This document shows positions 9,217-17,835 of a stretch of 64,000 nucleotides of DNA, one piece after another. The notes beneath the pieces were generated by a model. That model saw only the letters and a list, made by a program, of their open reading frames with translations, was not told where the DNA came from and did no database searches. A program made the translations under genes and the position numbers. This stretch comes from an uncultured Pseudomonadales bacterium. GTDB lineage: Bacteria; Patescibacteriota; Microgenomatia; UBA1400; PJMF01. The DNA is taken from positions 12,412 through 76,411 of the forward strand of contig CAZWKL010000005.1 in the NCBI GenBank assembly GCA_964633875.1, written 5' to 3'. Positions within the stretch are counted from its first letter, which is position 1, and each line of letters begins with the position of its first letter.

Positions 9217-10317
9217 ATGCCAAATCAATCCATCCTCGACTCCCGCGAAGAAATCGCTCAGCTGGACCAATCCAACATGCTCGGCTCTATTGAGGCCCTC
9301 GGCAAGCAAATTGAGCATGCTTGGAAAGAGGTGCAGACTGTTGAGTTTAAGCCTCAAGCAGAAATCCGCAACGTGGTGGTAGCCGGCATGGGCGGCTCTG
9401 GATTGGGCGGGGATGTCATCAAACACTTGTTCAAAGATGAAATTACAGTGCCGTTTGAAATAGTTCACTCTTACACCCTACCGGCTTATGTTAACGAAAA
9501 TACACTGGTGTTGCTTTCCAGTTACTCAGGCACTACCGAGGAAGTGCTGGCTTGCGCCGAGGCAGCGCACCAAAAAAACGCCCAAATAATGATTATTGCT
9601 GCCGGGGGAGAACTGGCGAAACATGCCCAAGAACATCAGCATCCTGCCTACATCATCGACCCCATCCACAATCCTTCCCAACAGCCACGAATGGCCATTG
9701 GCTATGCTGTTTTTGGCACCATCGGTCTGCTGGCCAAGGCAGGCATCATCACCATCAACGACCAAATGGTGAACGAAGTCGTGGCCACCATTGATACCGT
9801 GATTGCCGATAACAATGTCGAAGTTGTTGGTGAAAGTAACCCCGCCAAAGCTCTGGCTTTCAACATGGTTGGCAGACGAGGGGTTATTGTCGCGGCTGAG
9901 TTTCTTGAAGGCGCCGCGCACGTGGCTGCCAATCAACATAACGAAAATGCCAAAGCCTTCGTGGATTACAAAATCATTCCCGAGCTCAACCATCACCTCA
10001 TGGAAGGCTTGCAGTTTCCGCGCTCAAATCCAACCGACCACTTCTTCCTGATGATTCAATCTCAGCTTTACAACCCCAAAAATGGCTTGAGGATGAGGCT
10101 GACTCAGCAAGTGATTGAGAACAACGAAATTGATACTCTGAGCATCCTACTGCGCGCCTCCACCAAAATCAGCCAGGTTTTTGAAATGATTACCCTGTTT
10201 GCTTTTGCCGGTTTTTATCTTTCTATGTTAGAAGGCATTGATCCCAGCCCGATTCCTTTTGTGGATTACTTCAAAGACGAGCTGAAGAAACAAAGCCAAG
10301 ACTACCAACTCACATAA
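9217..10317 (+). CDS. Bifunctional phosphoglucose/phosphomannose isomerase (SIS)
   Basis: GMGGSG, SYSGTTEE, QPR, NENAK, PELNHH. Confidence 0.9.
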   Translation: MPNQSILDSREEIAQLDQSNMLGSIEALGKQIEHAWKEVQTVEFKPQAEIRNVVVAGMGGSGLGGDVIKHLFKDEITVPFEIVHSYTLPAYVNENTLVLLSSYSGTTEEVLACAEAAHQKNAQIMIIAAGGELAKHAQEHQHPAYIIDPIHNPSQQPRMAIGYAVFGTIGLLAKAGIITINDQMVNEVVATIDTVIADNNVEVVGESNPAKALAFNMVGRRGVIVAAEFLEGAAHVAANQHNENAKAFVDYKIIPELNHHLMEGLQFPRSNPTDHFFLMIQSQLYNPKNGLRMRLTQQVIENNEIDTLSILLRASTKISQVFEMITLFAFAGFYLSMLEGIDPSPIPFVDYFKDELKKQSQDYQLT

Positions 10318-10359
10318 CCTAGTGCAACCATTTCTGATTTGAGTTATGATAGAAGGGCA

Positions 10360-12228
10360 ATGTCAACACCTGCCCTGATCTTATTAGCCGATTATAGTGG
10401 CTCTGCTAAAGAGCTGGTTGGCGAGCGAGCTTACAGCCAAGGCAGACTTCATGAACAAGAAATTCCGGTGCCAAGGTCCTTTTGTGTCACGGAAAACGCT
10501 CTTCAATCGATTGCTAAGGTCAACAATCTCAAAAACAAAATTGACAAAGCACTGCCGGCAAATATCAGCAGTGAAACGCAAAAGTCTCGGGCCAAAAACA
10601 ACTTTCTCAAAATTTTTGCCACCTTAAAAGTTCCCCGTGACATTGCTAGTGAGATGGTCGGTTTGTACCGTCAGTACTTGTGGGAAGACTACGTTCACAT
10701 TATGCCCAGTAACAGTCCTAACTACAGCTCTGAGTGGGTGCATGACAACGTCAGGGGAGAGGCCAATGTCATTGAGTCTATCCTGCAGGTGTGGGGCAGG
10801 CTAGTTTTTGCCAACTCCATGCATTCCGCTAAAAATACGCCTTTGCACACCCGGCTTTTTTCTTCACCCATCATGGTGGAGTGGGCGCCTCAGGCTGAGG
10901 CGTCCGGCGTGGCTTTTACCAAAGATCCGGAAACCGGCTCGAAAACTGAAGTTACCATTTATGGTGTGCCGGGCATTTTTCATCCGCAAAAATCAGAGCA
11001 GCATGATGTTTATAAAGTCGATGTCAGAACCTGGAATCTGGTCAGCCAGCAAATCGCGACCAAAAAACAGGCCTTTGCCCGAGGTGATGAATCTTTGGCG
11101 GTGGTAAAAGTGCCCGGCTCAATTGCCAACCAACCGGTACTCGAGCGTGGTGAGGCCGAAAATCTGGCGCGGCTGGTTTTTAAGATTAAACAACAGTCGC
11201 TGCAACAGCAAAAAGTGCATTGGTTGATAATCAATCACCAACTGTTGATCACTGCTATTGAACCAGTAGCGGAGTTTGAGTTTGAGCATCCGGCTGCTAA
11301 TCACCCAGAAATGGCTAAAAAGCCAGGCATTAAGTACCTCACTGCTCTCTATATTTCCGCGGGCAACCCCGACAAAGCCGGTGAGCAAGTTCAAGAAATC
11401 ATTGACGGGGTTGGCCTGCTTAGGAGTGAGTACGCCATTGCCAAATTCGGTCTTCACCCTCAACACGTGCTCAAAAGCAAAAAACACACCGCTCTGCTCA
11501 AAGAGGAACTAATCAAGACTATTCAAACTTACCGCCAACATCTCAATGGCAGGCCGCTGATCTACCGCTCACAAAACTTTACCTCGGCGGAATTGCTCAC
11601 CTTAAAATTTGCCAGCAACTACGAACCGAATGAACCCAATCCCTACCTGGGATACAGGGGGGGCTTAAAAATCGCTGCTCAGTCCGAGCTTTTCAACTTT
11701 GAACTGGATGCCATTCTTGAAGTAATGAGTCAAACCGGCCAGGCTCCCTTTGGTTTGATGGTGCCTTTTATTAGAACACCGGGTGAGCTGCGTACTGCCA
11801 TCGACCTGATCGCTAAAAAAGGCCTGTTGCATAAAAGCCACTTCCAAGTCTGGCTACAACTTAATACGCCGGAAAATATTTACAACTTATCAGCCTACCC
11901 GCTCAATCAAGTGGCCGGTGTTTCCCTTAACGCCCGCAGCCTGCATGGTCTACTTAGCGGCATCGATCCGGATAACGCGGAAATGCTGTCCAGATACCCA
12001 CTACCGGCAAACTTATTGCTCAACCTGATCAAGCAAGTAACCGATAAACTGCAGGAGAGCGGCGATTACCACTCAACCAAAGTTTTCCTTCACCTGGAAA
12101 ATTTCAACGCCTATCTGGCCGCGGAAGCGATTAAGCTCGGCATTAACGGCCTTATCGTCAAACCACAAGTTGCCCGATTGGCTCAAGAGTGTATTATTGA
12201 TACTGAAAGAACGCAAATAATTAGCTAA
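10360..12228 (+). CDS. Degenerate PEP synthase/PPDK-like protein
   Basis: IPVP..F, SGVAFT.DP, DGVGLLRSE, EPNPYLGYRG, LMVPFIRT; no phospho-His domain. Confidence 0.75.
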   Translation: MSTPALILLADYSGSAKELVGERAYSQGRLHEQEIPVPRSFCVTENALQSIAKVNNLKNKIDKALPANISSETQKSRAKNNFLKIFATLKVPRDIASEMVGLYRQYLWEDYVHIMPSNSPNYSSEWVHDNVRGEANVIESILQVWGRLVFANSMHSAKNTPLHTRLFSSPIMVEWAPQAEASGVAFTKDPETGSKTEVTIYGVPGIFHPQKSEQHDVYKVDVRTWNLVSQQIATKKQAFARGDESLAVVKVPGSIANQPVLERGEAENLARLVFKIKQQSLQQQKVHWLIINHQLLITAIEPVAEFEFEHPAANHPEMAKKPGIKYLTALYISAGNPDKAGEQVQEIIDGVGLLRSEYAIAKFGLHPQHVLKSKKHTALLKEELIKTIQTYRQHLNGRPLIYRSQNFTSAELLTLKFASNYEPNEPNPYLGYRGGLKIAAQSELFNFELDAILEVMSQTGQAPFGLMVPFIRTPGELRTAIDLIAKKGLLHKSHFQVWLQLNTPENIYNLSAYPLNQVAGVSLNARSLHGLLSGIDPDNAEMLSRYPLPANLLLNLIKQVTDKLQESGDYHSTKVFLHLENFNAYLAAEAIKLGINGLIVKPQVARLAQECIIDTERTQIIS

Positions 12229-12241
12229 TTAGAGAGTAATA

Positions 12242-13528
12242 ATGGCGCAAATCAGCGGGGTTCATGCGAGAGAAATTCTAGATTCAAGAGGCATACCTAC
12301 CATTGAATGCACCCTGTGGTTAGACAATAACGCCATTGTGGTTACCGATGTGCCGGGAGGTACTTCCAAAGGCAAGTACGAAGCCGTAGAACTGCGCGAC
12401 AACGACCCAGAGCACATGATGGGCAGAGGCGTACTCACTGCCGTCAATAATATTAACAGCATTATTGCCCCCCAACTGATCGGCAAAGACCCCACTCATC
12501 AAACTGAGATAGACCAGTTATTAGTCGATTTAGACGGTACACCAGACAAATCCAAGCTTGGCGCCAATGCCATTCTGGCTGTGTCGCAGGCGGTTTTGAA
12601 GTCGGGAGCTTTGAGCGCCAACGTGCCGCTGTATTTCTACATCCAACAAAAATACCAAATTATTCAGCAGCTACTTATTCCTACACCCATTTTCACCATG
12701 GTCAACGGCGGCGAACACGGGGCGGATAACCTGGATATTCAGGAATTTCAAATTGTGCCAGCCAGCCACACTGATTTCATGCAGTCGTTGGAAATGGCCG
12801 CAGCTTTATTCCAACGTTTTGGTGAGGTTTTGGAGATGAAAGGCGCCGTCCACTCTACCGGCCTGGTGGGTGGTTATACCCCCAATTTATACAGCAACAG
12901 CGACGTTTTTGAGTTACTGGTAGAAACGATTAAGTCCACGCAGTACACCTTTGCTCAGGATTTGTTCTTTGGTGTCGATGTGGCTGCCTCTGTGCTTCAT
13001 GATGGCGGCAAGTACAAACTCAAAGACCGCACCGAACCATACTCCAGCAAAGAACTGCTTGACTACTACAAAAAACTGCGCGAACTTTATCATGTTTTTT
13101 ATATCGAAGATCCTTTTGAAGAAGATGACCTGAAATCATGGCAAAGTATCACTGCTGAGTTAGGAGAAACTACCAAAATTGTCGGTGACAGTTTGTTGGT
13201 GACCAATAAGCAAAAAACCCTTGATGCCATCGAGCAAAAAACTTGCAATACGCTTTTGGTGAAACCAAATCAAACCGGTACCATTAGTGAAACCGTAGAA
13301 GTTGTTAAGATTGCCAAAGGCGCGGGTTGGCAAACAGTCATGTCACACCGCAGCGGTGAAACCAATGATGACATTGTCGCCGATTTGGCAGTTGGACTTG
13401 GAGTTGATTATACTAAGTTCGGCCCACCTAATCGCGGTGAACGCGTGGCCAAATACAATAGGCTGATGCAAATCTACGAAGAAATTAAACGCAGTAATGA
13501 ACAGGCAAATGAACAGACAGGAGCTTAA
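12242..13528 (+). CDS. eno: Enolase (active-site variant)
   Basis: AREILDSRG, LGANAIL, NGGEH, QEF, IEDPF, KPNQ, SHRSGET, RGERVAKYN. Confidence 0.95.
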   Translation: MAQISGVHAREILDSRGIPTIECTLWLDNNAIVVTDVPGGTSKGKYEAVELRDNDPEHMMGRGVLTAVNNINSIIAPQLIGKDPTHQTEIDQLLVDLDGTPDKSKLGANAILAVSQAVLKSGALSANVPLYFYIQQKYQIIQQLLIPTPIFTMVNGGEHGADNLDIQEFQIVPASHTDFMQSLEMAAALFQRFGEVLEMKGAVHSTGLVGGYTPNLYSNSDVFELLVETIKSTQYTFAQDLFFGVDVAASVLHDGGKYKLKDRTEPYSSKELLDYYKKLRELYHVFYIEDPFEEDDLKSWQSITAELGETTKIVGDSLLVTNKQKTLDAIEQKTCNTLLVKPNQTGTISETVEVVKIAKGAGWQTVMSHRSGETNDDIVADLAVGLGVDYTKFGPPNRGERVAKYNRLMQIYEEIKRSNEQANEQTGA

Positions 13529-13530
13529 AA

Positions 13531-15483
13531 ATGTTTCGTTCAATGCTCAAATCCCTCAAAAACTTAGGGCGCAAGCCCCAGCCAGCAGCTCAACCACCAG
13601 CAACAGCCAGCCTCCCAGCCGCTACCACTCCCGATCCGGCCAATCTGGCTGAAAAATTCGGCAATTCAGGCACTGAACAAGTTCAAACCCCCGAGCAAAA
13701 AATTGAGGGCGTTGAGTCACCGGCAACGAAAACCAAAACCAAAACTGCCACAGCCACTCCGAAAGCAACTCAGCCAACAGAAACCAAATTACAGCTGATC
13801 AAATCGGGCAAACCTTTTTCCGAAACTTATCCCAGAAAAGAATATAAAGGCCCTAAGCCAACCGTTCTTTTAATCCTCGATGGTTGGGGTATAGGGCCAA
13901 GCAACGCCGGCAACGCTATTTCCAGAGCCAAAACACCAAATATGGATAAGTTTTGGGCCTCCTGTCCCCACACTCAATTGGAAGCCAGCGGACAGGCGGT
14001 CGGTCTCCCTCAAGGGGAAGACGGCAACACTGAAACCGGCCATCTTAATATTGGCGCCGGTCACATTGTTTATCAAGACTTACCACGCATAAACATGTCT
14101 ATTGCCGACGGCAGTTTCGACAACAATCAAGCCTTTCTGAACGCCATCAATCATGTTAAAAAACATAACTCGGCACTTCACCTGATGGGTTTAATTGGTG
14201 CTGGTGGCGTTCACTCAAATATTGAGCATCTTTACGCTTTGCTCCACTTTTGCAAACAACACGAGTTACAAACAGTCTATATCCATGGCTTTACTGACGG
14301 CCGCGACTCACCACCAACTTCGGGAATCAATTACGTCCGCCAGATTATGGAGCGCTGCGATAGCTTGGGTGTCGGCAAAATTGCCACCCTGATGGGCAGA
14401 TATTACGCCATGGACCGCGATAAAAAATGGGACCGGATTGAAAAAGCCTATAACGCCCTCACCATTAGCGTAGCTGACCAGTGCGTCACCGACGCGGTTG
14501 GGGCGCTGCAAGAGCAGTATGACAAAGGCACCACTGACGAATTTATCGAGCCAATTGTTATTTGCGAGCCTGATGGAACCAAGCGCGTCATTCAAGACAA
14601 CGACGCGGCTATCTTTTTTAACTACCGGATTGATAGACCTCGTGAACTTACCCGCGCCTTTGTGATGCCGGATTTTGAAAGAGGTATTGATGATCTTGGT
14701 TTTGACCCCTACACGGAAAAATATGAAAAAACCAACATTCAGAAAAAAGAAGTGATTCAAACTTTCGAACGGAAGAAGAAGATCACCAACCTCTACTTCG
14801 TTACCATGACCAGATACGAAGAAAATCTGCCCACCGACGTGGCTTTTCCACCGCAAAATATCAAAATGCCGCTGGGCAAGGTTTTTGCTACCAAAGGACT
14901 GAGGCAATTGCGCATTACTGAAACAGAAAAAGAGCGGTTTGTTACTTACTACATGAACGGTCAGGAAGAAATTATTTTTCCCGGAGAAGAGCGGATCATT
15001 GTGCCTTCCAAAGGGGTAAAGTCCTATGATGAAACCCCAGAAATGAGTTCCCGAGAAATCGCCGTGGCCATGATTGAAGAAATCAGAAAGAAAAATTATG
15101 ATGTTATTGTCGCCAACCTTTGTAACGGTGATATGGTCGGGCATACCGGCAATTTAGAAGCAACCATCCAAGCCTGTGAGATTTTAGATGAGGTGGTCGG
15201 CACCATTGTCAACGAGGTGTTGCTGCATGATGGCGTTGTTCTCATTACTGCCGATCATGGCAATGCCGAAGAACTGATCAACAACGAAACTGGCCAAGTT
15301 GACACCGAACACTCAATTTATCCAGTACCATTGATAGTTATCAGTAAAGAGTTACTGGGCAAGTCCACTATGCTCCCCAGCGGCATTCTGGCTGATGTAG
15401 CGCCAACTATGCTCCACCTGATGGGCATTGATAAGCCGGACTCTATGACTGGCCGAGCGTTGACGCGAACTATTAAAAATTAG
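13531..15483 (+). CDS. gpmI: 2,3-BPG-independent phosphoglycerate mutase with long N-terminal extension
   Basis: LILDGWG, DGRD, GRYYAMDRD, ETEK, DMVGHTG, TADHGNAE. Confidence 0.95.
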   Translation: MFRSMLKSLKNLGRKPQPAAQPPATASLPAATTPDPANLAEKFGNSGTEQVQTPEQKIEGVESPATKTKTKTATATPKATQPTETKLQLIKSGKPFSETYPRKEYKGPKPTVLLILDGWGIGPSNAGNAISRAKTPNMDKFWASCPHTQLEASGQAVGLPQGEDGNTETGHLNIGAGHIVYQDLPRINMSIADGSFDNNQAFLNAINHVKKHNSALHLMGLIGAGGVHSNIEHLYALLHFCKQHELQTVYIHGFTDGRDSPPTSGINYVRQIMERCDSLGVGKIATLMGRYYAMDRDKKWDRIEKAYNALTISVADQCVTDAVGALQEQYDKGTTDEFIEPIVICEPDGTKRVIQDNDAAIFFNYRIDRPRELTRAFVMPDFERGIDDLGFDPYTEKYEKTNIQKKEVIQTFERKKKITNLYFVTMTRYEENLPTDVAFPPQNIKMPLGKVFATKGLRQLRITETEKERFVTYYMNGQEEIIFPGEERIIVPSKGVKSYDETPEMSSREIAVAMIEEIRKKNYDVIVANLCNGDMVGHTGNLEATIQACEILDEVVGTIVNEVLLHDGVVLITADHGNAEELINNETGQVDTEHSIYPVPLIVISKELLGKSTMLPSGILADVAPTMLHLMGIDKPDSMTGRALTRTIKN

Positions 15484-15620
15484 TTCTACTAAAAAAACTA
15501 ACTCCGCCTTTCGGGATATCCCCTCTTAATTTATTTTTGTAAGTTGATATATTTTGTTATTTTTCTATACTGTAATATGTAGTTGTGATTTTGGGTTGAC
15601 TTCGGTTATGCTAGTAATAC

Positions 15621-15641
15621 TTCGGGAATGATTGGCCCGAA
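15621..15641. promoter_or_regulatory. Inverted repeat upstream of lexA, candidate LexA operator
   Basis: TTCGGG-N9-CCCGAA about 40 nt before the ATG; extra ACTTCGG half-site at 15599. Confidence 0.45.
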
Positions 15642-15679
15642 ACTAACAAAGCTCAAATATTAATTACTAAAAGGAGAAC

Positions 15680-16300
15680 ATGGCAGTCACTCTTTATAAA
15701 CGTCAAAGACAAATCGTCGATTTTCTGGCTCAGTACATTCAGAAGAACGGCTACGCGCCTACCTTACAAGAAATTGCTAACGCCATCGGTGTTTCCTCTT
15801 TGGCTACCGTCCATGAGCATTTGCAAGCGCTGGAACGCAAAAAAGTTATCAAAAAACATGAAGGCACAGTTCGCGGTATTGAGTTGGTGGACAGAACTTT
15901 CCTCAACACTACCGAAAGTGTCGACTTGCCGCTCATGGGCTATATTGCTGCTGGCTCGCCTATTGAGCCGCACTCCGATCCCAACGCCTCATTTAAGGTT
16001 TCACCGGAAATGATTAGTGGTAAGAAACGGTCGTATGTTTTGCAAGTCAAAGGCCAGTCGATGATCGAAGACCATATTCAGGATGGTGACTATGTGGTCA
16101 TCGAAGAAACTCCTGAAGTAAACAACGGTGACATTGTGGTGGCTTTGCTTGACAACGGCTTGGCTACTCTTAAAAGATACTTCAAAGAGGTCACTAGAGT
16201 TAGGCTCGAGCCGGCCAATGCCAATATGAGTCCGATTTACGCTACCAATGTGCAAATTCAGGGCAGAGTAGTCGGGCTAATCCGCAAATTCCAGTATTAA
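15680..16300 (+). CDS. lexA: SOS repressor LexA
   Basis: wHTH (PTLQEIA, TVHEHL), IAAG cleavage site, GQSM Ser, TLKR Lys; RBS AAGGAG. Confidence 0.97.
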   Translation: MAVTLYKRQRQIVDFLAQYIQKNGYAPTLQEIANAIGVSSLATVHEHLQALERKKVIKKHEGTVRGIELVDRTFLNTTESVDLPLMGYIAAGSPIEPHSDPNASFKVSPEMISGKKRSYVLQVKGQSMIEDHIQDGDYVVIEETPEVNNGDIVVALLDNGLATLKRYFKEVTRVRLEPANANMSPIYATNVQIQGRVVGLIRKFQY

Positions 16301-16325
16301 ATTGCTAAAGTGAAACTGGGGCAAA

Positions 16326-16352
16326 TTAGCAGTCAAACGAATTGACTGCTAA
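16326..16352. promoter_or_regulatory. CIRCE-like inverted repeat (orphan, between convergent genes)
   Basis: TTAGCAGTC-aaacgaatt-GACTGCTAA versus consensus TTAGCACTC-N9-GAGTGCTAA. Confidence 0.7.
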
Positions 16353-16451
16353 TTTTGCTGGCGAAGAATTTTCATTGGTATACCGGGCAAATTTTTGTGT
16401 CAAATTTGTATAGTTTGATACTTTTTTATGTAGTTTGATCAATTATGAGCT

Positions 16452-17006
16452 TTATTTTTGGGAGTCAAATTCTTGCTCGCGGTACTCAAGAGCGTGGTTG
16501 ACGTAGCAACGGAGTACATACAAATAATCTGAGAGGCGGTTGATGTATTTGAGCAGCAGCGGCCGAATGGGCTGACGTTCATTTTGGGTTACTATCAATC
16601 GCTCGGCCCGACGGGCCACAGTTCTGGCTATATCTAAGTAAGCGCCCAGTTCCGTGCCTCCCGGCAACAGAAACTTGGTGTGCCAGCCACCAGCCATTGA
16701 GGTTTGCAGCGCGGCTGATTTTCTCTCAACTTTTTGTAACTGTTTTTCGGTGAGAAATTTCTTTGAGCCGGCCACTTCGGCGCCGACATAAAATAAAGTA
16801 TCTTGAACTTCGTAAAGAAATTTTTTGTGTGGGGCAAACTCGCTTTCAAACTTGGCCGTCACCAACCCCAACCAGGAATTAAGCTCATCAATGGTACCGA
16901 TAACCTCAAAGATCGGATCGCTTTTGGAAAGCCGCTCGCCGCTGGCCAAACTGGTTTTACCTTGATCACCGGTTTTGGTAGAAACATTAAGAATTTTTTT
17001 GGGCAT
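16452..17006 (-). CDS. PduO-type cob(I)alamin adenosyltransferase family protein
   Basis: TKTGDQGKT, GTIDELNS, FLLPGG, RTVARRAER, YINRLSDYL. Confidence 0.9.
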   Translation of the reverse strand: MPKKILNVSTKTGDQGKTSLASGERLSKSDPIFEVIGTIDELNSWLGLVTAKFESEFAPHKKFLYEVQDTLFYVGAEVAGSKKFLTEKQLQKVERKSAALQTSMAGGWHTKFLLPGGTELGAYLDIARTVARRAERLIVTQNERQPIRPLLLKYINRLSDYLYVLRCYVNHALEYREQEFDSQK

Positions 17007-17019
17007 AAGTTATTATAAG

Positions 17020-17766
17020 CTATTGGTTCTGCTGCCAATCCACGGCAGTGAGCAGAGGACCATAAACATCGTCTTCGATAGCAATTTGCAGTTCTTTTAA
17101 TTCGGTTGGGGAGGGCGGCTGCTGGGTGAACCGGACCGCGCCAGCGGCTTCAATTAAGCAAAACGGCTGTGCTTCATCGGCTTCGCCCATCTCCACCACC
17201 GCAGCAGCCGCCAACCCCTCAGCTACATTTACCTGGGTCACGTTCATCAACTTCCCAAAAAGATCAGGCTTACCAATGAAATTATTCAGTGGCGCAAAGC
17301 CGCAATAGGCCAAAGCCGTGCCCATAGTTCCCCATTTCAGCGGAAAAGTTTTACTGTCTGTAATCAAAACCCCCACTTCCTTCAGCCCATACTGATGACG
17401 AAGAAACTTCCAGATTTCTGCTGCCGACCGATACGGATCTTCTGGCAACAACACATACTGACTATCAGCGTTTGACTCATCCAACCCGGCATTGACCGCC
17501 AAAAGTGAGTGCTTAATCGTCAACATCATTTGATACTTCGACGCCGTCGGCTCCAAGTAATAATCAGCCTCGCGCCTCACCAAGGCATGTTTTTCCTCTT
17601 TGGTTCCTTCAGCTTTTGAAACCACCGCGCCTTCACTCAAAGCCACCACTTTCGAAGTCACCACCACCACGGTTTTTTCTGACAACGGCGGCAGTACTTG
17701 TTTCAACAAGGCATACAAATCATCATGGGCATGAACAATGGGAGATTGCAGAGGAGTCACTTTCAT
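17020..17766 (-). CDS. CofE-like gamma-glutamyl ligase (F420-0:glutamate ligase family)
   Basis: VVTSKVVALSEG, NAGLDESN, LLPEDP, ITDS, D.FG..M, MGE..E..P. Confidence 0.85.
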   Translation of the reverse strand: MKVTPLQSPIVHAHDDLYALLKQVLPPLSEKTVVVVTSKVVALSEGAVVSKAEGTKEEKHALVRREADYYLEPTASKYQMMLTIKHSLLAVNAGLDESNADSQYVLLPEDPYRSAAEIWKFLRHQYGLKEVGVLITDSKTFPLKWGTMGTALAYCGFAPLNNFIGKPDLFGKLMNVTQVNVAEGLAAAAVVEMGEADEAQPFCLIEAAGAVRFTQQPPSPTELKELQIAIEDDVYGPLLTAVDWQQNQ

Positions 17767-17835
17767 GCCCCGATTATACACGCCCCACCCATACCCATCA
17801 TCTATTTGCATAAGTGCGGTATAATGACAGGTTGC

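Noticed and set aside
14308-15144. Long antisense ORFs (this one, 29281-29880, 4623-5207 and others)
   Set aside because: Opposite-strand shadows of well-supported genes with no recognisable motifs.
15503-15523. TCCGCCTTTCGGGA after gpmI
   Set aside because: Only one arm matches the palindrome and no flanking duplication is seen.
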